A stretch of 64,000 bases of DNA from an uncultured Ruminiclostridium sp. (lineage in GTDB: Bacteria; Bacillota; Clostridia; Oscillospirales; Ruminococcaceae): NCBI GenBank assembly GCA_964636555.1, contig CAZWRZ010000013.1, positions 116 to 64,115 on the forward strand, in the 5' to 3' direction. Below, in pieces: positions 36,302 to 46,879 of this stretch. Below the pieces are notes generated by a model. The model saw only the letters and a program-made list of their open reading frames with translations, was not told the DNA's origin and did not search any database. Every line of letters starts with the position of its first letter. Positions within the stretch are counted from its first letter, which is position 1. The position numbers were made by a program, and so were the translations under genes.

Positions 36302-37669
36302 TTATTCACAGCCCAAGGCAATTCCGCATTCAATTCTCTTTTGCTGTAATTTGCAGGCAAGAGAATTGGGTATCTGCACATCTCCCTCATATTGGAAGGA
36401 ATTGGCGTTGCAGCCGCCCGAGCAGTAGAACCTTGCCCAGCAGTCAGAACAGCCCTTTTTGCTGTAAATGTGGGTTTTGGCAAAATAATCCTTCATGCCC
36501 TTGTCAACGGTACCTTCAAATATATTGCCCATTTTCCACCGGTCCATTCCTACAAATTGGTGACAGGGGAAAATTTCTCCGTCGGGAGTAACGGCAACAT
36601 ATTCGTTTCCGCAGCCGCAGCCTCTCAATCTTTTGATTGCGCAAGGACCTTGGTTCAGATCTATCTTGAAGTGGAAAAAGTTGAATCTGCCCGGATCTTT
36701 TTCCATTATCTCATAAAGTCTTTCATACTCTTTGTAGATAACAGGCAGATCTTCTTCCGTCAGAGCGTAGGGAAATTTTGAATCGGTGACTACGGGCTCT
36801 ACCGACAGCTGCTTAAAGCCCAGATCTGCAAAATGGAGAATATCGTTGGCAAAATCCAGATTGTATTTGGTAAATGTACCTCTTATATAGTAGTCGGTGC
36901 GTCCTTCTTTGGTTCTGCCCTCAACAAGCTTTTTGAATTTGGGGACGATTATGTCATAGCTGCCCTTGTGATTGGGGGTGAAGCGTATCCTGTCGTTTAC
37001 TTCCTTTCTGCCGTCAAGGGAAAGGACACAGTTGGACATTTCGCGGTTGATGTACTCTATCTTTTCATCATCAAGCAGCATTCCGTTGGTGGTAATGGTA
37101 AAGCGGAAGTTTTTTCCGTGCTGCTTTTCGATACTTCTTGCATAGTCTACTGTAGAAGTTACGGTGTCCCACGCCATAAGGGGCTCTCCGCCGAAAAAGT
37201 CTACCTCTAAATTTTCTCTGCCAAAGGATTTTTCTATAAGGAAATCAATAGCTTTTTTGCCCACCTCAACGGGCATCAGCTTTCGTCCCGTTCCGAAATC
37301 TCCCGTTTCGGCAAAGCAGTATTCGCACCGCAGATTGCAGTCGTGGGAAACGTGCAGGCACATTGCCTTAATGGGAGAGTTAAGGGTCTTGTCGGCAAAT
37401 TGGCGGTATTCGTCCTCCGAGAACAGGCACTTGTCCTTGTACAGCTGTTCCAGCTCTTCAAGACATTCGGCAATATCGGTTTTATTGTATTGGGGAAGCT
37501 TTTCCGCCAGCTCCTCGGCGGTTACACCCAAATTATCGGCGTTGGGTTCCGGGCAGATATGATCCAGCATCTGAAAGATCATCTCGTCTACAAGATGAAC
37601 TCCGCCGCTGTTGACGTCGAGAACGATGTATTTTTCGCCTTGCTTGTATTTATGTATTCTTGTTTCCAA
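36302..37669 (-). CDS. scfB: SCIFF/ranthipeptide radical SAM maturase
   Basis: CNLRCEYC, VDFFGGEPL, SPASM cysteines, adjacent precursor gene. Confidence 0.95.
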   Translation of the reverse strand: METRIHKYKQGEKYIVLDVNSGGVHLVDEMIFQMLDHICPEPNADNLGVTAEELAEKLPQYNKTDIAECLEELEQLYKDKCLFSEDEYRQFADKTLNSPIKAMCLHVSHDCNLRCEYCFAETGDFGTGRKLMPVEVGKKAIDFLIEKSFGRENLEVDFFGGEPLMAWDTVTSTVDYARSIEKQHGKNFRFTITTNGMLLDDEKIEYINREMSNCVLSLDGRKEVNDRIRFTPNHKGSYDIIVPKFKKLVEGRTKEGRTDYYIRGTFTKYNLDFANDILHFADLGFKQLSVEPVVTDSKFPYALTEEDLPVIYKEYERLYEIMEKDPGRFNFFHFKIDLNQGPCAIKRLRGCGCGNEYVAVTPDGEIFPCHQFVGMDRWKMGNIFEGTVDKGMKDYFAKTHIYSKKGCSDCWARFYCSGGCNANSFQYEGDVQIPNSLACKLQQKRIECGIALGCE

Positions 37670-37699
37670 TTTTGTGTCCTCGCTTGTGATATATAAAAT

Positions 37700-38120
37700 T
37701 TTTTTAATTCTCTCAAAAAACTTGTGCTGAATTGCAGTTCTCTTAGGGAAGTTGTGCCGGTTTTGGTTCTCTCAGAAAAGTTGTGCGAATGGAAGCCCGC
37801 TTTTTGGGAAACTTGTACGAATAGAGACCCGCTTTTAAGGAAAGTTGGCGGTAATTTACTGATTTAAAAAGAATTTCAAAATTCACCAAAAAGACAATCC
37901 GCTCCGCCTTGCTCCGCTCCTCGTCTTTTTGGGAACCGGACGAAATTGAAAATTCCAGACTTCCGTAGGAAGTCATAGCCTTCTTTGAAATTCGTGCTAT
38001 CAGGGCAGTTGTGCTGTTAGGAAACCGCTTTTAGGAAAGCTGTGCTGCCGGGAAACCCGCTCTTAGTGGTGTTGTGCTGATTTTCCAATAATAAAGGGGC
38101 TGATTATCACAGCCCCTTTA
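37700..38120 (+). repeat. Modular intergenic element, family 1 copy F
   Basis: Four upstream and three downstream about 30-bp units; core 37859-38003 with a (GCTCC)n loop; ends in the GGGGCTG...CAGCCCC hairpin. Confidence 0.92.
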
Positions 38121-38132
38121 CCTTAAAATCAA

Positions 38133-38276
38133 TTACTTGTTAGCCTCGCAAGTCTGATTAGCAACGGTGCAAGAGGTCTTGCAAGCGGACTGGCAAGAGG
38201 TCTGGCACTTGCCGCAGCCGCCCTTTGCCGCTGTTTCCTTAAGGTTAGCCTTGTTTACTGTTTTAATATGCTTCAT
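38133..38276 (-). CDS. scfA: Six-cysteine SCIFF precursor peptide (47 aa)
   Basis: Hand translated: MKHIKTVNKANLKETAAKGGCGKCQTSCQSACKTSCTVANQTCEANK; AAGGAG SD. Confidence 0.96.
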   Translation of the reverse strand: MKHIKTVNKANLKETAAKGGCGKCQTSCQSACKTSCTVANQTCEANK

Positions 38277-38445
38277 AGTCAGTTCTCCTTTCATGAGTAT
38301 CGGGTATAGTGCTATTGCATTACATTATAGCATATAAAATGATAATTTGCAAGAGATTGACGAAAAAAACTGCCGTGAATAAGACTATTGAAAATCATCA
38401 AAACTTATGCTAAAATAAAACAAGTTTAAAAAGAGGTGTTAATAA

Positions 38446-39066
38446 ATGTCCATATTTGATATATTCAAGCAGATAGAAAAAGAAAAGCCCCCGCAAGCTC
38501 CCATAGAATACATCATAGCAGGTCTGGGAAATCCCGGAACGCAGTATGAGGACACCCGCCACAACTGCGGTTTTATGGCTGCGGAAACTATTGCGGAGGA
38601 GCATAGCATTGAGATAAAAAGGCTGAAATTCAAATCCCTTACCGCCGAGGTACAGCTTGGGGGCAAGCGGTGTCTTTTAATGAAGCCCTCTACCTTTATG
38701 AATAACAGCGGGGAAGCGGTAGAAGAAGCGGCAAGCTTTTACAAAATTTCGCCCGAAAACATAATTGTTATATATGATGATATAAATCTTGACGTGGGAA
38801 AAATGAGAATACGCTCAAAGGGCAGTGACGGCGGTCACAACGGAATGAAAAGCATAATACTGCACCTGAACAGCGACAATTTCCCCCGAATCAGAATAGG
38901 CGTGGGCAAAAAGCCCCACACCGACTATAATTTAGCCGATTGGGTGCTGTCGAGGTTTACCAAAGAAGAGGGGGCATTGTTAGAGCCTGCTTTTAAAAAT
39001 GCGTCTAAGGCGGCGGAGCTGATTATCGAGGGTAAGATAGCTGAAGCTATGAATAAGTTTAACTAA
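38446..39066 (+). CDS. pth: Peptidyl-tRNA hydrolase
   Basis: GLGNPG, TRHNCGF, KPSTFMNNSG, YDDI, GGHNGMKS. Confidence 0.96.
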   Translation: MSIFDIFKQIEKEKPPQAPIEYIIAGLGNPGTQYEDTRHNCGFMAAETIAEEHSIEIKRLKFKSLTAEVQLGGKRCLLMKPSTFMNNSGEAVEEAASFYKISPENIIVIYDDINLDVGKMRIRSKGSDGGHNGMKSIILHLNSDNFPRIRIGVGKKPHTDYNLADWVLSRFTKEEGALLEPAFKNASKAAELIIEGKIAEAMNKFN

Positions 39067-39087
39067 AAGGTACAAGCGGAGGAAAAT

Positions 39088-39777
39088 ATGTCGGAATTTT
39101 CACCCATAGCATACTTACACAGCGACTTTCCCGAAAAATTCGGACTGCCAAGACAAAGCGGACTTGTAAATTCTCTTAAATCTTATATAGTATTTGAACC
39201 GCAATACCGTGTAAGGGAAGCGTTCAGAGGGTTGGAGGAATACTCACATATTTGGATTTTGTGGGAATTTTCGGAAAGTGAGAGGAAAGAGGGAAAGAGC
39301 TGGTCGCCCACCGTCCGCCCGCCCAAGCTGGGAGGGAACAAGCGCATGGGAGTTTTTGCCACACGTTCTCCTTTCAGACCAAACCCAATAGCAATGTCGG
39401 CGGTGAAGCTGGAGAAGATTGATTTTAACTGTCCAAACGCTCCCGTGCTTGTGGTAAGCGGGGCTGATATTATGGACAACACGCCGATTTTGGATATAAA
39501 GCCCTATCTTGCATACACAGATTCTTATCCCGATGCTCTTTCGGGGTTTGCACTTGCGGAGAGGGAAGGAGCATTAAGGGTAGAAGCGCCGGACGAGCTT
39601 CTGAAAAAGATTCCTGAGGAGAAAAGGGAAGGGCTAAGGGATATTTTGAAACAAGACCCAAGACCCGCCTATCAGGAGAATCCCGAACGAGTTTATGTAA
39701 TGGAGTTTGGGGAGTTTGAGGTATTTTTTAAGGTGGACGAAGAAGTGCTGACGGTGACAGAAATCAAGAAGATATAA
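39088..39777 (+). CDS. trmO: tRNA t6A37 N6-methyltransferase TrmO/TsaA
   Basis: KFGLPRQSG, PTVRPPKLGGNKRMGVFATRSPFRPNPI, DIKPY. Confidence 0.93.
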   Translation: MSEFSPIAYLHSDFPEKFGLPRQSGLVNSLKSYIVFEPQYRVREAFRGLEEYSHIWILWEFSESERKEGKSWSPTVRPPKLGGNKRMGVFATRSPFRPNPIAMSAVKLEKIDFNCPNAPVLVVSGADIMDNTPILDIKPYLAYTDSYPDALSGFALAEREGALRVEAPDELLKKIPEEKREGLRDILKQDPRPAYQENPERVYVMEFGEFEVFFKVDEEVLTVTEIKKI

Positions 39778-40200
39778 AAGCACAGCTTTTTCAAGGGTGT
39801 GCAAAAATAGCACAACACCTCTAAGAGCGGTGAAAAATTATCACCTGTTTCCCTAAAAGCGGGCTTCCACTTTCACAACTGCTCTGATAGCACGAATTTC
39901 AAAAATCCGCACTCAGTTAGATAGACAAGATTTAAAAATTTCCCAGTTTTTCAAGAAATTTTTAAATCTTGTCGGTTTTGAAATTCTTTTTTAAATCAGC
40001 CAATTACCGCCAATTTTACTTAAAAGCGGGCTTCCGCTCGCACAACTTCCCTGAGAGCCCCAAAAATTAGCGCAGCATTCCTAAAAGCGAGTTTCCGACA
40101 ACACGACTTCCCTAAGAGAGCCAAATCAGCAAACTTTCATAAAAGAGCCGTAACATTAGGCGCAACATTTTTAAGAGCAATAAAACTCGCACTGTCAAAA
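39778..40200 (-). repeat. Modular intergenic element, family 1 copy G (second hairpin deleted)
   Basis: Core 39884-39999 keeps only hairpin 1; long run of about 30-bp units follows. Confidence 0.92.
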
Positions 40201-40269
40201 TGCACAAAATATTTATAAAAATCCCAAAAAATTTCTACACACAAAAACTCCCATTTTTTCAAAAAAATG

Positions 40270-40737
40270 TTGTAAAACCGCCGGCGATGTAGTATAATAA
40301 CCTTTGCACGATTGCGGATCGGTATGTCCGATTATGCCTAAAAAGGCATAAGACAAGCGTGCGGCACTGCTTGATAATGCGTTGAAGCCGTAGGTTGCGT
40401 TTGCCGTGACTTATAACCTATTCCACGGTAAAACGGGAATTTCGGCGGAGTATGTCCGGTTTAAAATCGGGCGAAAATAAAGCATTACAAGACCGTTCCA
40501 ATAAAAACAGGCGTTCGGAAAGCAAGGGAAGGACCCGCAAAGGCGGATACCCCCTAAAAGAATTTTTCCGAGCGAGTTTTACGGAAAAGGTTGAAACACT
40601 CGGTTGCGTGTGCTTTATGGCGAGAGAGTTTCAAGGCTTCGGGCTGCTTGCGTTAGCCTGAAAAATAAAACCTCCGCTTATCACTGCATTTATGCAGATG
40701 CTTTCACAATTCATTCTATGAAAGGAGTTAAGGAAAC
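40270..40737 (+). promoter_or_regulatory. S10 operon promoter and about 430-nt structured leader
   Basis: TTGTAA(40270)-17-TATAAT(40293); several hairpins and long-range CTTGATAATGC/GCATTACAAG pairing. Confidence 0.65.
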
Positions 40738-41049
40738 ATGGCAGTTAAGGAAAAAGTCAGAGTTAAGGTAAAGGGCTATGACCACACTGTTGTTGACGCT
40801 GCTGCTGCAAAGATCGTTGAGACCGCTAAGCGCACAGGTTCAAGAACCGCAGGTCCCGTGCCCCTTCCCACAGACAAGGAAGTTGTTACCATTCTCCGTG
40901 CCGTACACAAGTACAAGGACAGCCGTGAGCAGTTCGAACAGAGAACTCACAAGCGTCTTATTGATGTGATCCGTCCCACCAACAAGACTATCGAAGCTCT
41001 TCAGTCTCTCGAACTTCCCGCAGGCGTTGAAATTTCCATGGATATCTGA
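40738..41049 (+). CDS. rpsJ: 30S ribosomal protein S10
   Basis: [25 protein letters not shown]. Confidence 0.98.
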   Translation: MAVKEKVRVKVKGYDHTVVDAAAAKIVETAKRTGSRTAGPVPLPTDKEVVTILRAVHKYKDSREQFEQRTHKRLIDVIRPTNKTIEALQSLELPAGVEISMDI

Positions 41050-41271
41050 TTCCATAGTAAAGGCGATGATATCCAAGGTTGATGATCGAATTGGATAAAC
41101 AGACCTCAGAAATTTCAAGAATGTGTTAAGTAAGCGGCATTACTTCGGAAAATATCGGAAGTTACTCCCGAAAAACCGAAAGCTGTTTACCTCTAACCAA
41201 GGCAGATACGCTGCACTTGGTCAAGTTGCTTCTTATGAGGCAACCAATAGCCAATGAAAGGAAAGGTCAAA

Positions 41272-41904
41272 ATGACAAAAGGTTTAATCGCTAAGAAAAT
41301 CGGTATGACCCAGATTTTCGACGAGAACGGCAAGGTCGTTCCCGTAACAGTTGTTGAAGCAGGTCCTTGCGTTGTTGTTCAGAAGAAAACCGCCCTCAAC
41401 GACGGCTACGACGCAGTTCAGCTGGGCTTCGGCGACATCTCCCCCAAGGGCGTAAACAAGCCCCGGCAGGGACATTTCAAGAAGAATGACGTAGCGTTCA
41501 AGAGATTCCTTAAGGAATTCAGACTTGACGATACAAGCGCAGTAAACGTGGGAGACATTCTCAAGGCTGACGTGTTCGCAGCAGGCGACGTTATCGACGT
41601 TAAGGGCACCAGCAAGGGTAAAGGCTTTCAGGGCGCTATCAAAAGACACAACCAGCACAGACTTAAAGAAACTCACGGTACAGGCCCCGTCCACAGAGAA
41701 GCGGGCTCCATGGGCGCTTGCTCCAGCCCTTCCAGAATCTTCAAGGGCAAGGGTATGGCAGGTCACATGGGTGCAGAGACTGTTACCGTTCAGAATCTTG
41801 TTGTAGTGAAGGTTGACGCAGAAAACAATCTTATCGCAATCAAGGGTGCTGTTCCCGGTCCCAAGGGCGGACTGGTATGCCTCACCGATGCGGTCAAGGC
41901 TTAA
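41272..41904 (+). CDS. rplC: 50S ribosomal protein L3
   Basis: [30 protein letters not shown]. Confidence 0.98.
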   Translation: MTKGLIAKKIGMTQIFDENGKVVPVTVVEAGPCVVVQKKTALNDGYDAVQLGFGDISPKGVNKPRQGHFKKNDVAFKRFLKEFRLDDTSAVNVGDILKADVFAAGDVIDVKGTSKGKGFQGAIKRHNQHRLKETHGTGPVHREAGSMGACSSPSRIFKGKGMAGHMGAETVTVQNLVVVKVDAENNLIAIKGAVPGPKGGLVCLTDAVKA

Positions 41905-41920
41905 GGGAGGAGGATTTATT

Positions 41921-42544
41921 ATGTCAAAGGTATCTGTATATGATATGAACGGCAATGCTGTCTCCGAACTTGAACTGAATGACGCAGTTTTCGGAATCGA
42001 GCCCAGTGAATACGCTATGCATCAGGCAGTTGTAAACTACCTTGCAAATCAGCGTCACGGAACACAGTCCACACTGACAAGAACCGAAGTCAGCGGCGGC
42101 GGCAGAAAGCCCTGGAGACAGAAGGGCACAGGTCACGCAAGACAAGGCTCAACCAGAAGCCCTCAGTGGCGTCACGGCGGAGTTGCTCTCGGACCTAAGC
42201 CCAGAAGCTACAGCTACACATTAAATAAAAAGGTAAAGAGACTGGCTCTCCTTTCCGCTCTGTCCTCAAAGGCACAGGAAAACGAAGTTGTTGTTGTTGA
42301 CAGCATCACTGTTGACGGCTACAAGACCAAGACCATCGTTAATATGTTAAAGGCTCTCGGCGTAGACGGCAAGGCTCTTATCGTGCTTGACGGCGTAGAC
42401 GGACAGGTTATCAAGAGCGCAGCCAATATCCCCGGAGTAAAGACAACTCAGGTAAATACCCTGAATGTCTATGACATTCTCAACTATGACAAGTTCGTTG
42501 TAGTAAAGAATGCAGTTGCAAAAATCGAGGAGGTATATGCATAA
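41921..42544 (+). CDS. rplD: 50S ribosomal protein L4
   Basis: [19 protein letters not shown]. Confidence 0.98.
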   Translation: MSKVSVYDMNGNAVSELELNDAVFGIEPSEYAMHQAVVNYLANQRHGTQSTLTRTEVSGGGRKPWRQKGTGHARQGSTRSPQWRHGGVALGPKPRSYSYTLNKKVKRLALLSALSSKAQENEVVVVDSITVDGYKTKTIVNMLKALGVDGKALIVLDGVDGQVIKSAANIPGVKTTQVNTLNVYDILNYDKFVVVKNAVAKIEEVYA

Positions 42545-42843
42545 TGGAAAAGACAGTACACGATATTATCATTCGTCCCATTATCACCGAAGCTTCCGTT
42601 GACGCTTTGGCAGACAGAAAATATACCTTCGAGGTAGCTAAGGACGCTAACAAGATCGAAATAAAGAAGGCTGTTGAGCAGCTTTTCAAGGACGTTAAGG
42701 TTGCAAAGGTAAACACCATGAACGTTCGCGGCAAAAAGAAGAGAATGGGCAGAAACGAGGGCTACACCACTGCTTGGAAGAAAGCAATAGTAACAGTTAC
42801 CCCCGATTCCAAGACCATTGAGATCTTCGACGGTATGATTTAA
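42544..42843 (+). CDS. rplW: 50S ribosomal protein L23
   Basis: [22 protein letters not shown]. Confidence 0.98.
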   Translation: MEKTVHDIIIRPIITEASVDALADRKYTFEVAKDANKIEIKKAVEQLFKDVKVAKVNTMNVRGKKKRMGRNEGYTTAWKKAIVTVTPDSKTIEIFDGMI

Positions 42844-42860
42844 GTAAGGAGTTGAGTTAA

Positions 42861-43694
42861 ATGGCTATAAAAGCTTATAAGCCCACGACCCCCGGTCGCA
42901 GAGGCATGACGGTAATTGATTACAGCGGTTTATCCAAGGTTGCTCCCGAAAAGAGTCTGCTTGATACCGTCAAGAACAAATCAGGCCGCAACAGCTACGG
43001 CAGAATCACCGTAAGACATAAGGGCGGCGCTAACAGAAGAAAGTACAGAATCATTGATTTCAAGAGAAACAAGACAGGCGTTGACGCTGAGGTTATGACT
43101 CTTGAATATGATCCTAACAGAACCGCATTTATCGCACTTGTTAAGTATGAGGACGGCGAGAAGAGATACATTCTTGCTCCCGAAGGACTTAAGGTTGGCG
43201 ATAAGGTAAGAGCGGGAGCTGACGCTGATATCAAGCCCGGCAACGCTCTCCCTATGGCAAATATCCCCGTAGGTACCGTTATCCACAATGTTGAGCTTCA
43301 CCCCGGCAAGGGCGCACAGCTTGTACGCTCCGCAGGAAATATGGCTCAGCTTATGGCTAAGGAAAACGGATATGCTTTGGTAAGACTTCCCAGCGGCGAG
43401 CTTCGCAACGTTCCCGAAAACTGCTTCGCCACTATCGGTGTTGTTTCCAACGCAGACCACGCTAACGTAAACATCGGTAAAGCCGGACGTACACGTCACA
43501 TGGGTATCAGACCTACCGTAAGAGGTTCCGTAATGAACCCTAACGACCACCCTCACGGCGGTGGTGAAGGTAAGTCTCCTGTCGGCAGACCCGGACCTGT
43601 TACCCCTTGGGGCAAGCCCGCTATGGGACATAAGACCCGCAAGAACAAGAACAGCTCCGATAAGTTCATCGTTAGAAGAAGAAACGGAAAGTAA
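42861..43694 (+). CDS. rplB: 50S ribosomal protein L2
   Basis: [26 protein letters not shown]. Confidence 0.98.
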   Translation: MAIKAYKPTTPGRRGMTVIDYSGLSKVAPEKSLLDTVKNKSGRNSYGRITVRHKGGANRRKYRIIDFKRNKTGVDAEVMTLEYDPNRTAFIALVKYEDGEKRYILAPEGLKVGDKVRAGADADIKPGNALPMANIPVGTVIHNVELHPGKGAQLVRSAGNMAQLMAKENGYALVRLPSGELRNVPENCFATIGVVSNADHANVNIGKAGRTRHMGIRPTVRGSVMNPNDHPHGGGEGKSPVGRPGPVTPWGKPAMGHKTRKNKNSSDKFIVRRRNGK

Positions 43695-43832
43695 TTTATT
43701 AAAAACACTTAAAAATTCATTCCGATTGTTAATAAGCGTTGCGGCGGCTGCCTGAAATTACCCTTAAGCATTTAAGGAAAAGGCGGAGAGTAAGACCGCA
43801 GTGCGTTAACTTGCAGTTGAAAGGATAATAAT

Positions 43833-44108
43833 ATGAGCAGAAGTATCAAGAAGGGACCTTATGTGCAGGAAGCTCTCTACAAGAGAGTTCTGGCCATGAA
43901 TGAGGCAGGCGAGAAGAAGGTTCTCAAAACATGGAGCCGTTCAAGCACAATTTTCCCTGATTTCGTTGGACACACTTTCGCAGTTCATGACGGAAGAAAG
44001 CATATTCCCGTATACGTTACCGAGGATATGGTAGGCCATAAATTAGGCGAGTTTGCTCCCACAAGAACCTTTAAGGGTCACGTAGGAAGCAAGACAACTA
44101 AGAAGTAA
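43833..44108 (+). CDS. rpsS: 30S ribosomal protein S19
   Basis: [28 protein letters not shown]. Confidence 0.98.
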   Translation: MSRSIKKGPYVQEALYKRVLAMNEAGEKKVLKTWSRSSTIFPDFVGHTFAVHDGRKHIPVYVTEDMVGHKLGEFAPTRTFKGHVGSKTTKK

Positions 44109-44122
44109 GGAGGAGTAGCATA

Positions 44123-44458
44123 ATGGAGGCAAGAGCAGAACTCAAGCATGTTCGTATTTCGCCCCGCAAGGTGAAGATCGTGCTTGATCTTATCAGAAAC
44201 AAGCCCTGCGATGTAGCTATGGCTACCTTAAAGCTGACACCCAAGGCTGCCAGCGAGCCGCTTATGAAGCTTCTCAAGTCTGCAATGGCTAATGCGGAAA
44301 ACAATCATAATATGGACGTAGGAAGCTGCTATGTTTCAGAGTGCTGGTGCGGCGAGGGTGTTACCCTTAAGAGAATCAGACCTGTATCAAAGGGAAGAGC
44401 GCACCGCATATTAAAGAGAACATCCAACATCGTTTTGGTTGTCAAGGAAGCAGAGTAA
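44123..44458 (+). CDS. rplV: 50S ribosomal protein L22
   Basis: RISPRKV, SAMANAENN, RAHRILKRTS. Confidence 0.98.
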   Translation: MEARAELKHVRISPRKVKIVLDLIRNKPCDVAMATLKLTPKAASEPLMKLLKSAMANAENNHNMDVGSCYVSECWCGEGVTLKRIRPVSKGRAHRILKRTSNIVLVVKEAE

Positions 44459-44470
44459 GGGAGGATAACA

Positions 44471-45232
44471 ATGGGACAAAAGGTTAATCCACACGGTATA
44501 AGAGTGGGTATTATCAAAGATTGGGATTCTCGCTGGTTTGCGGGCAAGGCAACCTTTGGCGACACTCTGGTGGAAGATGTAAAAATTCGTGAGTTTTTGA
44601 AGAAAAAGCTCTATAAGGCGGGCATTCCCGATATCGAGATCGAGCGTGACGCCGCTAAGGTAAAGGTTCACATTCACTGCGCAAAGCCCGGTATGGTTAT
44701 CGGACAGAAGGGCGCAGAGATCGAAAAGCTCAGAGCAGAGCTTGAAAAGATGACTAAGGGCAAGCCCGTAAACATCAATATCATCGAGGTAAAGAACCCC
44801 GATATGAACGCACAGCTTATCGCAGAGAACATCGCTTCTCAGCTTGAAGGCCGTGTAAGCTTCAGAAGAGCTATGAAGTCCTGCATCGGACGCACAATGA
44901 AGTGCGGCGCTAAGGGAATCAAGACTCAGGTAAGCGGAAGACTTGGCGGTGCCGAAATCGCACGTACCGAGAGCTACCATGAGGGAACAATTCCTCTGCA
45001 GACACTCCGTGCAGATATTGATTACGGCGTAGCAAGAGCAAGCACCACTTACGGTATAATCGGCGTTAAGGTTTGGCTGTACAAGGGCGAAGTTCTTAAG
45101 GGCGAGATCGGCAAGGAAAGAAACACCGAAAAGCCCGCAAGAAAACCCCGTGAGAGAGGCGACCGTGAAAACAGGGGCGAGAGAAGAAATTACAGACCCC
45201 GTGCAGAGAAAAAAGAGGGGGGTAATGTATAA
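44471..45232 (+). CDS. rpsC: 30S ribosomal protein S3
   Basis: [30 protein letters not shown]. Confidence 0.98.
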   Translation: MGQKVNPHGIRVGIIKDWDSRWFAGKATFGDTLVEDVKIREFLKKKLYKAGIPDIEIERDAAKVKVHIHCAKPGMVIGQKGAEIEKLRAELEKMTKGKPVNINIIEVKNPDMNAQLIAENIASQLEGRVSFRRAMKSCIGRTMKCGAKGIKTQVSGRLGGAEIARTESYHEGTIPLQTLRADIDYGVARASTTYGIIGVKVWLYKGEVLKGEIGKERNTEKPARKPRERGDRENRGERRNYRPRAEKKEGGNV

Positions 45233-45654
45233 TGCTGCTTCCAAAGAGAGTTAAGCACCGCAGAGTGCAGAGAGGTCGTATGACCGGTAAGGCAACACGA
45301 GGCAACGTAGTATGCTACGGTGATTTCGGTTTGCAGGCTCAGGAGCCCGCTTGGATCACCAGCAACCAGATAGAAGCTGCCCGTATCGCAATGACCCGTT
45401 ATATCAAGCGTGGTGGTCAGGTTTGGATCAAGATTTTCCCCGATATGCCCGTTACCAAGAAGCCTATGGGAACACGTATGGGTTCCGGTAAAGGTGCACC
45501 CGAATATTGGGTAGCGGTTGTAAAGCCCGGCAGAGTAATGTTTGAAATTGCAGGGGTAAGCGAAGAGGTTGCAAGAGAGGCTATGCGTCTCGCTATGCAC
45601 AAGCTTCCCATTAAGTGCAAGTTCGTAAAGAAGGAAGAAGGAGGCGAGCAGTAA
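45232..45654 (+). CDS. rplP: 50S ribosomal protein L16
   Basis: [22 protein letters not shown]. Confidence 0.98.
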   Translation: MLLPKRVKHRRVQRGRMTGKATRGNVVCYGDFGLQAQEPAWITSNQIEAARIAMTRYIKRGGQVWIKIFPDMPVTKKPMGTRMGSGKGAPEYWVAVVKPGRVMFEIAGVSEEVAREAMRLAMHKLPIKCKFVKKEEGGEQ

Positions 45655-45857
45655 TGAAGGTTACAAAGGAAATCAGAGAGTTAAGCGTAGAAGAGCTTGA
45701 CAAAAGAGAAGCTGAGCTTAAAGAAGAGCTGTTCAACCTTCGCTTTCAGCTTGCCGTTAACCGTCTTGAAAATCCTATGAGGATCAAGGCTGTTAAGAAG
45801 GAAATCGCAGTAGTAAAAACGATCCGCCGTCAGCGCGAGATCAAAGCAAATAATTGA
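45654..45857 (+). CDS. rpmC: 50S ribosomal protein L29
   Basis: [16 protein letters not shown]; ATG overlaps the rplP stop. Confidence 0.97.
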   Translation: MKVTKEIRELSVEELDKREAELKEELFNLRFQLAVNRLENPMRIKAVKKEIAVVKTIRRQREIKANN

Positions 45858-45874
45858 GAGGGGAGGAACGAACC

Positions 45875-46138
45875 TTGGAAAACACCGAAAGAAATTTAAG
45901 AAAAACAAGAGTTGGCGTTGTAGTAAGCAACAAAATGGACAAGACCATCGTGGTTGCTCTGAAGGATAACGTTCGCCACCCCTTGTACAAGAAGATCATC
46001 AAGCGCACAATCAAGCTTAAAGCACACGACGAAAAGAACGAGTGCGGCGTAGGCGACAAGGTAAAGATCATGGAAACAAGACCTCTGTCCAAGGACAAGA
46101 GATGGAGACTTGTAGAAGTGCTTGAAAAGAGCAAGTAA
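45875..46138 (+). CDS. rpsQ: 30S ribosomal protein S17
   Basis: [22 protein letters not shown]; TTG start. Confidence 0.97.
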   Translation: MENTERNLRKTRVGVVVSNKMDKTIVVALKDNVRHPLYKKIIKRTIKLKAHDEKNECGVGDKVKIMETRPLSKDKRWRLVEVLEKSK

Positions 46139-46162
46139 TAACGGAAGGAGATTGTATAAACT

Positions 46163-46531
46163 ATGATACAAATGCAGACACGCCTTAAAGTAGCTGATAA
46201 CACCGGCGCAAAAGAGCTTATGTGTATCAGAGTGCTGGGCGGAACACGCAGAAAGTACGCCAATATCGGAGACGTAGTTGTAGCTTCCGTTAAGAAGGCT
46301 GCTCCCGGCGGCACTGTTAAGAAGGGCGACGTTGTTAAGTGCGTTATCGTCCGCAGTGCAACAGGCGTAAGAAGAGACGACGGCACATACATTCGTTTTG
46401 ACGAAAATGCCGCAGTTCTCATCAAGGAAGATAAAAACCCCAGAGGAACCCGTATTTTCGGACCTGTGGCAAGAGAGCTCCGTGATAAGGAATATATGAA
46501 GATCCTTTCCCTTGCTCCCGAAGTACTTTAA
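46163..46531 (+). CDS. rplN: 50S ribosomal protein L14
   Basis: [21 protein letters not shown]. Confidence 0.98.
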   Translation: MIQMQTRLKVADNTGAKELMCIRVLGGTRRKYANIGDVVVASVKKAAPGGTVKKGDVVKCVIVRSATGVRRDDGTYIRFDENAAVLIKEDKNPRGTRIFGPVARELRDKEYMKILSLAPEVL

Positions 46532-46549
46532 GTTGAAGGAGGAGCAGGA

Positions 46550-46864
46550 ATGAATACTTTACATGTTAAAAAAGGCGACGAAGTAATGATAATTTCCGGC
46601 AAGGACAAGGGCAAAAAAGGCAAAGTGCTTGAAGTGTCCCCCTCCGAAGGCAAGGTTATCGTAGAAGGCAGAAACATGGTAACCAAGCATGTCAAGGCTA
46701 CCAAGCCCGGTCAGGCTTCCGGTATAGTTAAGGCAGAAGGTCCTCTTTACGCCTGCAAGGTAATGCCCGTTTGCCCCAAGTGCAACAAGGCTACCAGAGT
46801 AGGTCACAAAGTAGAGGGCAACAAGAAGGTAAGAGTTTGCAAGCATTGCGGTGCAGCTTTATAA
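46550..46864 (+). CDS. rplX: 50S ribosomal protein L24
   Basis: HVKKGDEVMIISGKDKGKKG (KOW). Confidence 0.98.
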   Translation: MNTLHVKKGDEVMIISGKDKGKKGKVLEVSPSEGKVIVEGRNMVTKHVKATKPGQASGIVKAEGPLYACKVMPVCPKCNKATRVGHKVEGNKKVRVCKHCGAAL

Positions 46865-46879
46865 TTGAGAGACAATTAT

